Shown here piece after piece: positions 1 to 13,177 of a stretch of DNA of 64,000 bases. The first letter of the stretch is position 1. Each line of letters begins with the position of its first letter. The stretch is from Laetmonice hystrix. Taxonomy: Eukaryota. The stretch spans positions 9,858,001 to 9,922,000 of the forward strand of contig OZ249441.1 of assembly GCA_965235115.1 (NCBI GenBank). Direction: 5' to 3'. A model generated the notes under the pieces. It made no database searches. It was not told the DNA's origin and saw nothing but the letters and a program-made list of their open reading frames with translations. The translations under genes and the position numbers were made by a program.

Positions 1-3000
1 CCGAAATTGACCCAACTTCATTAGCCCACCATGACCCTTTAAAATAATTGCCAATCATTTTCCTCCTAGGCAGCGGTAGCCCAGGAGGAGGGGAGTCTGG
101 GGGTACCATTCATTAGTCCCCTTGCCCCGTAGGGGACTGTCAGTGACACTTCGGGTGGACCCCTTATACTACGAAATCGCCGAAATTGACCCAACTTCAT
201 TAGCCCACCATGACCCTTTAAAATAATTGCCAATCATTTTCCTCCTAGGCAGTGGTAGCCCAGGAGGAGGGGAGTCTGGGGGTACCATTCATTAGTCCCC
301 TTGCCCCGTAGGGGACTGTCAGTGACACTTCGGGTGGACCCCTTATACTACGAAATCGCCGAAATTCACCCGAATTCATTAGCCCACCATGACCCTTTAA
401 AATAATTGCCAATCATTTTCCTCCTAGGCAGCGGTAGCCCAGGAGGAGGGGAGTCTGGGAGTACCATTCATTAGTCCCCTTGCCCCGTAGGGGACTGTCA
501 GTGACACTTCGGGTGGACCCCTTATGCTATGAAATAGCCTAAATTCACCCAAATTTATTAGCCCACCATGACCCTTTAAAATAATTGCCAATCATTTTCC
601 TCCTAGGCAGCGGTAGCCCAGGAGGAGGGGAGTCTGGGAGTACCATTTATTAGTCCCCTTGCCCCGTAGGGGACTGTGAGTAAAACTTCGGGTGGACCCC
701 CTTATGCTATGAAATAGCCTAAATTCACCCAAATTCATTAGCCCACCATGACCCTTTAAAATAATTGCCAATCATTTTCCTCCTAGGCAGCGGTAGCCCA
801 GGAGGAGGGGAGTCTGGGAGTACCATTCATTAGTCCCCTTGCCCCGTAGGGGACTGTCAGTGACACTTCGGGTGGACCCCTTATACTACGAAATCGCCGA
901 AATTGACCCAACTTCATTAGCCCACCATGACCCTTTAAAATAATTGCCAATCATTTTCTTCCTAGGCAGTGGTAGCCCAGGAGGAGGGGAGTCTGGGGGT
1001 ACCATTCATTAGTCCCCTTGCCCCGTAGGGGACTGTCAGTGACACATCGGGTGGACCCCTTATACTACGAAATCGCCGAAATTGACCCAACTTCATTAGC
1101 CCACCATGACCCTTTAAAATAATTGCCAATCATTTTCCTCCTAGGCAGTGGTAGCCCAGGAGGAGGGGAGTGTGGGGGTACCATTCATTAGTCCCCTTGC
1201 CCCGTAGGGGACTGTCAGTGACACTTCGGGTGGACCCCTTATACTACGAAATCGCCGAAATTGACCCAACTTCATTAGCCCACCATGACCCTTTAAAATA
1301 ATTGCCAATCATTTTCCTCCTAGGCAGTTGTAGCCCAGGAGGAGGGGAGTCTGGGGGTACCATTCATTAGTCCCCTTGCCCCGTAGGGGACTGTCAGTGA
1401 CACATCGGGTGGACCCTTTATACTACGAAATCGCCGAAATTGACCCAACTTCATTAGCCCACCATGACCCTTTAAAATATTTGCCAATCATTTTCCTCCT
1501 AGGCAGTGGTAGCCCAGGAGGAGGGGAGTCTGGGGGTACCATTCATTAGTCCCCTTGCCCCGTAGGGGACTGTCAGTGACACTTCGGGTGGACCCCTTAT
1601 ACTACGAAATCGCCGAAATTGACCCAACTTCATTAGCCCACCATGACCCTTTAAAATAATTGCCAATCATTTTCCTCCTAGGCAGCGGTAGCCCAGGAGG
1701 AGGGGAGTCTGGGAGTACCATTCATTAGTCCCCTTGCCCCGTAGGGGACTGTGAGTAAAACTTCGGGTGGACCCCTTATGCTATGAAATAGCCTAAATTG
1801 ACCCAACTTCATTAGCCCACCATGACCCTTTAAAATAATTGCCAATCATTTTCCTCCTAGGCAGTGGTAGCCCAGGAGGAGGGGAGTGTGGGGGTACCAT
1901 TCATTAGTCCCCTTGCCCCGTAGGGGACTGTTAGTGACACATCGGGTGGACCCCTTATACTACGAAATCGCCGAAATTGACCCAACTTCATTAGCCCACC
2001 ATGACCCTTTAAAATAATTGCCAATCATTTTCCTCCTAGGCAGTGGTAGCCCAGGAGGAGGGGAGTCTGGGGGTACCATTCATTAGTCCCCTTGCCCCGT
2101 AGGGGACTGTCAGTGACACTTCGGGTGGACCCCTTATACTACGAAATCGCCGAAATTGACCCAACTTCATTAGCCCACCATGACCCTTTAAAATAATTGC
2201 CAATCATTTTCCTCCCAGGCAGCGGTAGCCCAGGAGGAGGGGAGTCTGGGAGTACCATTTATTAGTCCCCTTGCCCCGTAGGGGACTGTGAGTAAAACTT
2301 CGGGTGGACCCCCTTATGCTATGAAATAGCCTAAATTCACCCAAATTCATTAGCCCACCATGACCCTTTAAAATAATTGCCAATCATTTTCCTCCTAGGC
2401 AGCGGTAGCCCAGGAGGAGGGGAGTCTGGGAGTACCATTCATTAGTCCCCTTGCCCCGTAGGGGACTGTCAGTGACACTTCGGGTGGACCCCTTATACTA
2501 CGAAATCGCCGAAATTGACCCAACTTCATTAGCCCACCATGACCCTTTAAAATAATTGCCAATCATTTTCCTCCTAGGCAGTGGTAGCCCAGGAGGAGGG
2601 GAGTGTGGGGGTACCATTCATTAGTCCCCTTGCCCCGTAGGGGACTGTCAGTGACACTTCGGGTGGACCCCTTATACTACGAAATCGCCGAAATTGACCC
2701 AACTTCATTAGCCCACCATGACCCTTTAAAATAATTGCCAATCATTTTCCTCCTAGGCAGTTGTAGCCCAGGAGGAGGGGAGTCTGGGGGTACCATTCAT
2801 TAGTCCCCTTGCCCCGTAGGGGACTGTCAGTGACACATCGGGTGGACCCTTTATACTACGAAATCGCCGAAATTGACCCAACTTCATTAGCCCACCATGA
2901 CCCTTTAAAATAATTGCCAATCATTTTCCTCCTAGGCAGTGGTAGCCCAGGAGGAGGGGAGTCTGGGGGTACCATTCATTAGTCCCCTTGCCCCGTAGGG

Positions 3001-4250
3001 GACTGTCAGTGACACTTCGGGTGGACCCCTTATACTACGAAATCGCCGAAATTGACCCAACTTCATTAGCCCACCATGACCCTTTAAAATAATTGCCAAT
3101 CATTTTCCTCCTAGGCAGCGGTAGCCCAGGAGGAGGGGAGTCTGGGAGTACCATTCATTAGTCCCCTTGCCCCGTAGGGGACTGTGAGTAAAACTTCGGG
3201 TGGACCCCCTTATGCTATGAAATAGCCTAAATTCACCCAAATTCATTAGCCCACCATGACCCTTTAAAATAATTGCCAATCATTTTCCTCCTAGGCAGCG
3301 GTAGCCCAGGCGGAGGGGAGTCTGGGAGTACCATTCATTAGTCCCCTTGCCCCGTAGGGGACTGTGAGTAAAACTTCGGGTGGACCCCTTATGCTATGAA
3401 ATAGCCTAAATTCACCCAAATTCATTAGCCCACCATGACCCTTTAAAATAATTGCCAATCATTTTCCTCCTAGGCAGTGGTAGCCCAGGAGGAGGGGAGT
3501 CTGGGGGTACCATTCATTAGTCCCCTTGCCCCGTAGGGGACTGTCAGTGACACTTCGGGTGGACCCCTTATACTACGAAATTGCCGAAATTGACCCAACT
3601 TCATTAGCCCACCATGACCCTTTAGAATAATTGCCAATCATTTTCCTCCTAGGCAGCGGTAGCCCAGGAGGAGGGGAGTCTGGGAGTACCATTCATTAGT
3701 CCCCTTGCCCCGTAGGGGACTGTGAGTAAAACTTCGGGTGGACCCCCTTATGCTATGAAATAGCCTAAATTCACCCAAATTCATTAGCCCACCATGACCC
3801 TTTAAAATAATTGCCAATCATTTTACTCCTAGGCAGCGGTAGCCCAGGAGGAGGGGAGTCTGGGAGTACCATTCATTAGTCCCCTTGCCCCGTAGGGGAC
3901 TGTGAGTAAAACTTCGGGTGGACCCCTTATGCTATGAAATAGCCTAAATTCACCCAAATTCATTAGCCCACCATGACCCTTTAAAATAATTGCCAATCAT
4001 TTTCCTCCTAGGCAGCGGTAGCCCAGGAGGAGGGGAGTCTGGGAGTACCATTCATTAGTCCCCTTGCCCCGTAGGGGACTGTCAGTGACACTTCGGGTGG
4101 ACCCCTTATTACGAAATCGCCGAAATTGACCCAACTTCATTAGCCCACCATGACCCTTTAAAATAATTGCCAATCATTTTCCTCCTAGGCAGCGGTAGCC
4201 CAGGAGGAGGGGAGTCTGGGGGTACCATTCATTAGTCCCCTTGCCCCGTA
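1..4250. repeat. Satellite array, 179-180-bp monomer, ~24 copies, continues beyond window start
   Basis: CCGAAATTGACCCAACTTCATTAGCCCACC recurs at 1, 180, 359...; two variant classes (TGTCAGTGACAC...ATACTACG vs TGTGAGTAAAAC...ATGCTATG); ends abruptly at 4250. Confidence 0.97.
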
Positions 4251-5453
4251 ATTGCGAATCGTATCCTAGGTGGCGAATCAGATCCTGCGTTCGCGAATCG
4301 TGAACCGTGTACCGTGAACCAGATCCTAACTTCACACTGCTATACATACATACGTAAATCATTGTAGAACTCCACCGACTGCCGATCGTGGCACAACCTT
4401 GGCCAGCTCCCAGACAGACTTGTGGCGAGGTGTCGTGGAATATGTATGTAATTTCATACTAGCGCCGGCGTGGGATTGCATTTTCAATATTTCCTTATCT
4501 GAACGTGTCTCTGGGTAAAACGCCCGCATCATACAGGCAGATCTTATCATCGCATTGTGGTTTACAATTCGTAGGTACATCTTTAACAAAAACCGATTAG
4601 TCTCATCAGCAACAACAGCACAGTCTTCAGAGAAAGAAAACTTTAGCAAAAGCAGCTCTTGTCCTTACATAAAAAGGCTAAGGGAGATTAAATAATGGAC
4701 GATGGATTAAATAGGGATAATGGTGGGATGGCTGGGGATTTAGGCCGAATGATAAAGGAGTGTGCACGTGTATTAATTGATCTCCAGTGAGAGAGTTATG
4801 TGCTGGGCACCAGGTCCATCGATGAGCACCGGAAACTGCCGAGGTGGCCCCCGGACATGAATACTGTATGAAGCCACTCTCCAGCAGCGATGTCTCCATA
4901 CAGATGACGTATGGAGATACTAGCGGCCCGACTACAGCACACCTCCGGCAGTCGGAGCTGTAATCGTGATTAATATACTCCTATTAACAGGGGTCGTACA
5001 ATAAAGGGCCGATTCATACTGTATCAACGGACAGCGTGGTGTTGTAGCCGAGAAGTGATCAGTAAGAATAAGATTCTCTATGATTGCTGGATAAAAGAGC
5101 CTTCACCTTCCGTGAGATGTTCCTTGCAGTCTCCAGAACCATTTCATTTTGAGTTTAAAGACGGGATCCTCGCTATACACGCCTTATTCTGATGATGGAT
5201 TCTATCCTTTAAAGGCGAAATCGGAATGAGTCAAACCATGAGGCAGAAAACGGGGATTAAGACAGATTTTGAAATATTTCATTTCCTGTATGAACGCACA
5301 AAGTATCCGTAGAATGTTCCCATGTCATAAACAACATTGAATATCAAAGGCAACGTGGATATTGACGTCAGCATTTCTGTTATCATCGGTGCAGCAAAGT
5401 CCTGTCAGGCAAAATGTCAGGCATTCAACTAATACAAACCAGCGACTATCCTC

Positions 5454-5859
5454 GTGTTAGGACCGCCTGACTGTGTGTTAGGACCGCCTGACTGTGTTAG
5501 GACCGCCTGATTGTGTTAGGACCGCCTGACTGTGTGTTAGGACCGCCTGACTGTGTGTTAGGGCCGCCTGACTGTGTGTTAGGACCGCCTGACTGTGTGT
5601 TAGGGCCGCCTGACTGTGTGTTAGGACCGCCTGACTGTGTGTTAGGGCCGCCTGACTGTTAGGACCGCCTGATTGTGTTAGGACCGCCTGACTGTGTGTT
5701 AGGACCGCCTGACTGTGTGTTAGGACCGCCTGACTGTGTGTTAGGACCGCCTGACTGTGTGTTAGGGCCGCCTGACTGTGTTAGGACCGCCTGACGTGTT
5801 AGGACCGCCTGACTGTGTTAGGACCGCCTGACTGTGTGTCAGGACTACCTGACTGTGTG
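5454..5859. repeat. Minisatellite, 19-21-bp unit TAGGACCGCCTGACTG(TG)nT
   Basis: Direct tandem copies visible. Confidence 0.93.
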
Positions 5860-6070
5860 TAGATCCTTTAACGATGGATGATACGGCAAACTCAAACCTG
5901 AGGTCTGGGTCATTTGTCGCTGCTAATTCTATACTGCATATCGCTGGGCGCCAGTACAACAGTAGCAGTGGCAGCGATGATGGTGTGGGGGGCGGGCTAG
6001 GGGTGGGGCTGGACGGCGCGACCATTGTACCGGCCGTCCCCATCGATCACGGCCGTCTCATCGCCATGTC

Positions 6071-6662
6071 ACACAGTTATAGACCACCCCGGGCAACTCG
6101 TAATTCTGTCACACCGTCATAGACCACCCGGGCCTCGTAATTCTGTCACACCGTCATAGACCACCCCGGGCAACTCGTAATTCTGTCACACCGTCATAGA
6201 CCACCCCGGGCAACTCGTAATTCTGTCACACCGTCATAGACCACCCCGGGCCTCGTAATTCTGTCACACCGTCATAGACCACCCCGGGCAACTCGTAATT
6301 CTGTCACACCGTCATAGACCGCCCCGGGCCCCGTAATTCTGTCACACAGTCAGAGACCGACCCGGCCCCCCGTAATTCTGTCACACAGTCAGAGACCGCC
6401 CCGGGCAACTCGTAATTCTGTCACACCGTCATAGACCACCCGGGCCTCGTGATTCTGTCACACCGTCATGACCGCCCCGGGCCCCGTAATTCTGTCACAC
6501 CGTCATAGACCGCCCCGGGCCCCGTAATTCTGTCACACCGTCATAGACCGCCCCGGGCCCCGTAATTCTGTCACACAGTCATAGACCGCCCCGGGCCCCG
6601 TAATTCTGTCACACCGTCATAGACCACCCCGGCCCCGTAATTCTGTCACAACGTCATAGACT
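6071..6662. repeat. Minisatellite, 37-40-bp unit GTAATTCTGTCACACCGTCATAGACCACCCCGGGCAACTC, followed by GC-rich CCCCGG run to ~6785
   Basis: About 15 tandem copies visible. Confidence 0.92.
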
Positions 6663-6789
6663 TCTCCGGCCCCCGGGTCTCCGGGCCCCCGGCCCCCGGC
6701 CCCCGGTCCCCGGTCCCCGGCCCCCAGCCCCCGGCCCCCGGCCCTCTGGACCACCGGACACCCAGACCCCCGGGCCCCGGGCTCCCTCC

Positions 6790-7340
6790 TTGGGCGCCCC
6801 ACTCCCGCCATTTATCCAACACCATTTCTGTATCTTCGTTATAAACGCGTGCCTCAGTATGCGCGGGCGGGGAATGGAGTAACCACCAGGGGCTGGCCCA
6901 GGTGACGACTGATCGAGCACGTGGGACAACACCACTTGGGTCTAAACATGTGAGTGGGTTGACTTCCGAGTTGGTCAGCGTGGCACGTGGAGGGCCGGTG
7001 TGCGGTACGGTAGGGACATAAATCGGGTGTACATAAACGAGTCTGGCACCCAATTCACGGGAGAAAAGGCTGGCACCAGGCGAGTCCCGGGGGCACGTCA
7101 CATAGTTCACCAGGCAGTCATATATCAGGTGGGATTCACGAGATGCCAACCGACCTCCTGATCTGTGACTCCGTCTCCAGTCATTACGGACCGGCTGTAC
7201 ATTCCAGGACTCTACGTTCCCGGGATGGCATGTGGAGAGTTGGCGGTCAGCATTCCTCCTGGTTGATATTGTGGAGCAATGTGGACAATAAATGGACGCT
7301 CAAATTGTGTTACCGTGTACGGGTGACCGTGGGTCGGCAT
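6790..7340 (-). pseudogene. Possible decayed coding relic with a C2H2-like zinc finger (probably transposon-derived)
   Basis: Minus strand reads MPTHGHPYTVTQFERPF-(1-nt frameshift)-YCPHCSTISTRRNADRQLSTCH, then continues open ~150 codons (...HLIYDCLVNYVTCP...ARVYNEDTEMVLDKWREWG). Family not recognised. Confidence 0.3.
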
Positions 7341-7365
7341 GGCTGTAATACTGTGGCGGGATATA

Positions 7366-9517
7366 ATATGTACAGTAACAACTTGTCCCTGCCCGCTCGT
7401 CCATTGGTTGACACCAGGCAGTCAGTAGTATACGGAAAGTTGACTTTGGGATACTGGTATGTACAGTAACAACTTGTCCCGGCCTACCCGTCCATTGGTT
7501 GACACCAGGCAGGCAGTAGTATACGGAATGTTGACTTTGGGATACTGGTATGTACAGTAACAACTTGTCCCGGCCTACCCGTCCATTGGTTGACACCAGG
7601 CAGGCAGTAGTATACGGAAAGTTGACTTTGGGATACTGGTATGTACAGTAACAACTTGTCCCGGCCTACCCGTCCATTGGTTGACACCAGGCAGGCAGTA
7701 GTATACGGAAAGTTGACTTTGGGATACTGGTATGTACAGTAACAACTTGTCCCGGCCCACCCGTCCATTGGTTGACACCAGGCAGTCAGTAGTATACGGA
7801 AAGTTGACTTTGGGATACTGGTATGTACAGTAACAACTTGTCCCGGCCTACCCGTCCATTGGTTGACACCAGGCAGGCAGTAGTATACGGAATGTTGACT
7901 TTGGGATACTGGTATGTACAGTAACAACTTGTCCCTGCCCACTCGTCCATTGGTTGACACCAGGCAGTCAGTAGTATACGGAAAGTTGACTTTGGGATAC
8001 TGGTATGTACAGTAACAACTTGTCCCGGCCTACCCGTCCATTGGTTGACACCAGGCAGGCAGTAGTATACGGAAAGTTGACTTTGGGATACTGGTATGTA
8101 CAGTAACAACTTGTCCCGGCCCACTCGTCCATTGGTTGACACCAGGCAGTCAGTAGTATACGGAAAGTTGACGTTGGGTCGGTATGACCAGGCAGTCAGT
8201 AGTATACGGAAAGTTGACTTTGGGATACTGGTATGTACAGTAACAACTTGTCCCGGCCCACTCGTCCATTGGTTGACACCAGGCAGTCAGTAGTATACGG
8301 AAAGTTGACGTTGGGTCGGTATGACCAGGCAGTCAGTAGTATACGGAAAGTTGACTTTGGGATACTGGTATGTACAGTAACAACTTGTCCCTGCCCACTC
8401 GTCCATTGGTTGACACCAGGCAGTCAGTAGTATACGGAAAGTTGACTTTGGGCCGGTATGACCAGGCAGTCAGTAGTATACGGAAAGTTGACTTTGGGCC
8501 GGTATGACCAGGCAGTCAGTAGTATACGGAAAGTTGACTTTGGGATACTGGTATGTACAGTAACAACTTGTCCCTGCCCACTCGTCCATTGGTTGACACC
8601 AGGCAGTCAGTAGTATACGGAAAGTTGACTTTGGGCCGGTATGACCAGGCAGTCAGTAGTATACGGAAAGTTGACTTTGGGCCGGTATGACCAGGCAGTC
8701 AGTAGTATACGGAAAGTTGACTTTGGGATACTGGTATGTACAGTAACAACTTGTCCCTGCCCACTCGTCCATTGGTTGACACCAGGCAGTCAGTAGTATA
8801 CGGAAAGTTGACTTTGGGCCGGTATGACCAGGCAGTCAGTAGTATACGGAAAGTTGACTTTGGGCCGGTATGACCAGGCAGTCAGTAGTATACGGAAAGT
8901 TGACTTTGGGATACTGGTATGTACAGTAACAACTTGTCCCTGCCCACTCGTCCATTGGTTGACACCAGGCAGTCAGTAGTATACGGAAAGTTGACTTTGG
9001 GCCGGTATGACCAGGCAGTCAGTAGTATACGGAAAGTTGACTTTGGGCCGGTATGACCAGGCAGTCAGTAGTATACGGAAAGTTGACTTTGGGATACTGG
9101 TATGTACAGTAACAACTTGTCCCTGCCTACCCGTCCATTGGTTGACACACTGGTATGTACAGTAACAACTTGTCCCTGCCTACCCGTCCATTGGTTGACA
9201 CACTGGTATGTACAGTAACAACTTGTCCCTGCCCACTCGTCCATTGGTTGACACCAGGCAGTCAGTAGTATACGGAAAGTTGACTTTGGGCCGGTATGAC
9301 CAGGCAGTCAGTAGTATACGGAAAGTTAACTTTGGGCCGGTATGACCAGGCAGTCAGTAGTATACGGAAAGTTGACTTTGGGCCGGTATGACCAGGCAGT
9401 CAGTAGTATACGGAAAGTTAACTTTGGGCCGGTATGACCAGGCAGTCAGTAGTATACGGAAAGTTGACTTTGGGCCGGTATGACCAGGCAGTCAGTAGTA
9501 TACGGAAAGTTGACTTT
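7366..9517. repeat. Composite minisatellite: 91-bp unit plus 46-bp sub-unit forming 137- and 183-bp higher-order units
   Basis: ATGTACAGTAACAACTTGTCC recurs every 91 bp from 7368; the 46-bp GACCAGGCAGTCAGTAGTATACGGAAAGTTGACTTTGGGCCGGTAT unit appears from ~8185. Confidence 0.95.
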
Positions 9518-10077
9518 GCTGCACCCTGTGCTGTACTGCCACTGACCGACACGGACACTCTCAGATTATCGAGCAGCAGACCGGCCGGCCGGGCAGTGAG
9601 AGGATGGACATGGATTACCAGGTCTATAGATGCTACTACAGTATACAGGTCAGTGTTATTGTAGATATGATGTGTTCCAGTCTTTGTTCAGACGTAACGA
9701 TTATTGTAATACAGTGTCAGAAATGTTTTCTTCTAAATGAGATCCTAATCTGGAGCGTATTGCAGGAGTGACGCATACGGTCAACTTTTAACACTGAGAC
9801 TAAATCTGTTTATCTGAAGAGAGGATATTTGGATAAAAGAGGGGAGACATTTTCAAAATGCGCCAGAAAAGTCGGAAAGACATGTTAAAAAAGGACTGTC
9901 TCGAATCGGCGAGGAAATTGGAACGTAATTAATCCATTAGGAAATGTTTACTGAAGTCTGTGACAGTTTAAGATGAGGAAACCTTGTTAAAATACTAACC
10001 ACCTTCATGGTTTTATTGTTGCTGACATTCGCTCGTCAGACTGTGAAATGGCAATAGGGATGGGTCTACCAGCGTGT

Positions 10078-10125
10078 CGTGCGTGCGTGCGTGCGTGCGT
10101 GCGTGCCGTGCGTGCCGTACGTGCG
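10078..10125. repeat. (TGCG)n microsatellite
   Basis: GTGCGTGCGTGCG... run. Confidence 0.85.
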
Positions 10126-10247
10126 TCCTGTGTGCGTGCAGTGTTTTATGCCTACCGTCAAGGGACGGCAAGACAACTTTTGTAGCCAGAGTTTTCTGAG
10201 ACTATTATGAGATGTGATAACGGCGCTATACAAGTGGGCATCAATGG

Positions 10248-10878
10248 GCTCTGTTCACACACGTTCACTCTGTTCACACACGTTCACTCTGTTCACACAC
10301 GTTCACTCTGTTCACACACGTTCACTCTGTTCACACACGTTCACTCTGTATACACACGTTCACTCTGTTTACACACGTTCACTCTGTTTATACACGTTCA
10401 CTCTGTTCACTCATGTTCACTGTGTTCACACACGTTCACTCTGTTTACACACGTTCACTCTGTTCACACACGTTCACTCTGTTTACACACGTTCACTCTG
10501 TTCACACACGTTCACTCTGTACACTCACGTTCACTCTGTTTACACACGTTCACTCTGTTCACACACGTTCACTCTGTTTACACACGTTCACTCTGTTCAC
10601 TCATGTTCACTGTGTTCACACACGTTCACTCTGTTCACACATGTTCACTGTGTTTACACACGTTCACTCTGTTCACACACGTTCACTCTGTTCACACACG
10701 TTCACTCTGTACACTCATGTTCACTCTGTTCACACACGTTCACTACACACGTTCACTCTGTTCACTCATGTTCACTGTGTTCACACACGTTCACTCTTCA
10801 CACACGTTTACCCTGTTTACACACGTTCACTCTGTTCACACACGTTCACTTTGTTTACACACGTTCACTCTGTTCACA
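10248..10878. repeat. Minisatellite, 19-bp unit CTCTGTTCACACACGTTCA
   Basis: Over 30 copies; source of spurious ORFs 10207, 10214, 10413. Confidence 0.95.
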
Positions 10879-11699
10879 TACCTGGACGCCCCTGCACCAC
10901 CCCCTCAGTTTGTTCACTACAATGAACCCGTTCACTCACGTCGAGTATCTGTTCACCGATCCGAACTAACAGCAGCCATGAAAATGTCAGACACGGTCTG
11001 GGTACAGTGTGTGTCGGAGTGTGGTGTTAAACCATGTAACAAGTACATATCAACACTAGTCGTCAGCACCACCACCCCACCCACCCCCGGCTGGCTGTCA
11101 AACAGAGCTTGATAAACCGGTACGTTCGAGAGGTGGTACTCATAGCGTCATCAACATAACGACTCACCCTTCACGGAGCGCTAATCATAGCGTCATCAAC
11201 ATAACGGCTCACCCTTCACGGAGCGCTTGGTTCGTTCTGAGATCTGGTGTCATGGTGGCGGGTTGGGAACTACTCGCCTGGTATTATCTCACGGTTATCG
11301 GTGAGAGAGGCGGGGTGGTGAGTACTGGGAGAACTTGCTCCATGTACGTGAGTCAGAACGCACCCAAACCCGAACCTCGTGCCGAGACGGGGCGGGTCGT
11401 CACCTAGAACTACCCATGCACTAACTCATGGACTTTAATCGTTGGAGATCAATGCGAAAGTAGCGGAGGCAATTTGTTACATCGTTAATTGGCTCCGGTA
11501 ATGACTGACGGGCATTACATCATGGTTGGGTGGTCATCGGTACTGGAGGAGATCTGAGGGTGGAGATATGAACCGGATCTAAACACGCGACAAGACGCTG
11601 GAGGAGGTCGGTGGGGCGGAAAACGAGGGTCTCTCTGACGGCACGAGTCGGGTCAGACCTGGCCTAGAGGGGGAGGGGGGGGGGGGGCTCAGGGGGCCG

Positions 11700-11942
11700 G
11701 GGATGGCTTCAGGGGGCAGGGGGATCCGACTCAGGGAGCCGAGGGATCCGACTCAGGGGGGCCGGGGATGGCTTCAGGGGGCAGGGGGATCCGACTCAGG
11801 GAGCCGAGCGATCCGACTCAGGGAGCCGAGGGATCCGACTCAGGGAGCCGAGCGATCCGACTCAGGGAGCCGAGGGATCCGACTCAGGGAGCCGAGGGAT
11901 CCGACTCAAGGAGCCGAGGGATCCGACTCAGGGGGGCCGGGG
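11700..11942. repeat. GC-rich minisatellite, ~21-bp unit GGATCCGACTCAGGGAGCCGA
   Basis: Tandem copies visible. Confidence 0.88.
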
Positions 11943-13177
11943 ATGGGGGCAGGAGGGGGGAGTGGTGATACAGGTATGTAGGGACAATAAGACCTGTTTA
12001 ACTGGTCGGGGTACCCTGGGGAGTGGGTGGGTGCTAGGGTGAGTGGTGTCCGGGGGGATGGGGTGGGGGGTATCCGGAGGGTTTGAGGATGGGGTTGAAG
12101 GGGGTAAGGACGATCACAGGACTCCGATTAGTTGAAGTGACAGCCCCGGGGGCTACTGGAGCGCCCCTTGTGGCAGGTATTGTAAGCAGTCAAGGTGTAG
12201 CCATGGCGACCACCGACCACGGACACCGAGCAACACTTAAACCGATTTTCACAACTCGGGTCTGTATTGATTTTGTATTATGTGCGAAGTCAGAATTTCG
12301 CCACCCCCATGGGGATGGCCACTTAGGTTTCTCTTCTCTTTGTACACGGGGAAGGGTGTAAACTTTATTCAATAACTCTTCCATGCTGTTGTCATACACT
12401 TTGCGGTTGGAGGAATGTAAAATATCGACTTTTCCAACGTGTCTAAAGGAGGCTTTGATGATTGACAGGCTGGAACCTGTAGGCTGAGGGCTGAAACTAG
12501 CTGATGACTGGGCCGAGACTGGGCGATGACTGGGCTGAGACAGGGGTGTGAATGGTTCGTAACTTGGGGGGGGGGGGGGGTTACTGGGCCGAGACTTGGG
12601 GGGCCGGTTACTGGGCCGTGTCCGGGTGGTGACTGGGCCGAGACTGGGTGATGACTACATACCGAGATCAGGGTCTCTTATACTTTCAAAGACATTTTTA
12701 CTCCAAGGAGAGACACAACCATCAAATCACATCGACAGGTCTGTTCTTAGTGAGAATCTGTAAGAATGATAGGTTTTTCATTTTTTAAACTGAACACTGG
12801 GTTACACGGATTGTCAACTCACATCTCTATAGACGTGGTATAGAAATAAAAGTCCATTTGTACGAATTTTCCTGGAAGAAAATACAAACATGCAAACGGT
12901 CCTTGAATATAAGAGTACGTAAAAGGAATTAACACGCAATTGGTACAGCGTTACAAGTAATTTGAGCGTCCCTCTGGCAAACGGTAATTAGTGGAGTCAC
13001 AAAGTTAATTGCGTTAATTAAAGTCCTGGAACCAGAGGCAGGTGTTTCCCACGATAACTGGCGTCCCTCGGAGGTGGGCAGCGTCTCAGTTACCACGAGG
13101 TTAAAGGTGAAATCATGACAAGGAGGAAAAGGGAATGATCAGCAGTAAGCATGACTGCGTCAACGTCCTCACGCCAG

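Noticed and set aside
1-179. Hammerhead ribozyme in the satellite monomer (as in newt, cricket and schistosome satellites)
   Set aside because: The minus strand has CTAATGA rather than CTGATGA, and it is about 20 nt from the next stem, so the CUGANGA-stem II-GAAA geometry is not met.
10207-11112. 301-aa His/Thr-rich ORF and overlapping ORFs
   Set aside because: Translation of a 19-bp minisatellite.
11703-11983. ORF ending at donor ACAG|GTATGT
   Set aside because: Mostly a 21-bp minisatellite translation, and phase 1 is incompatible with the phase-0 dystrophin acceptor.
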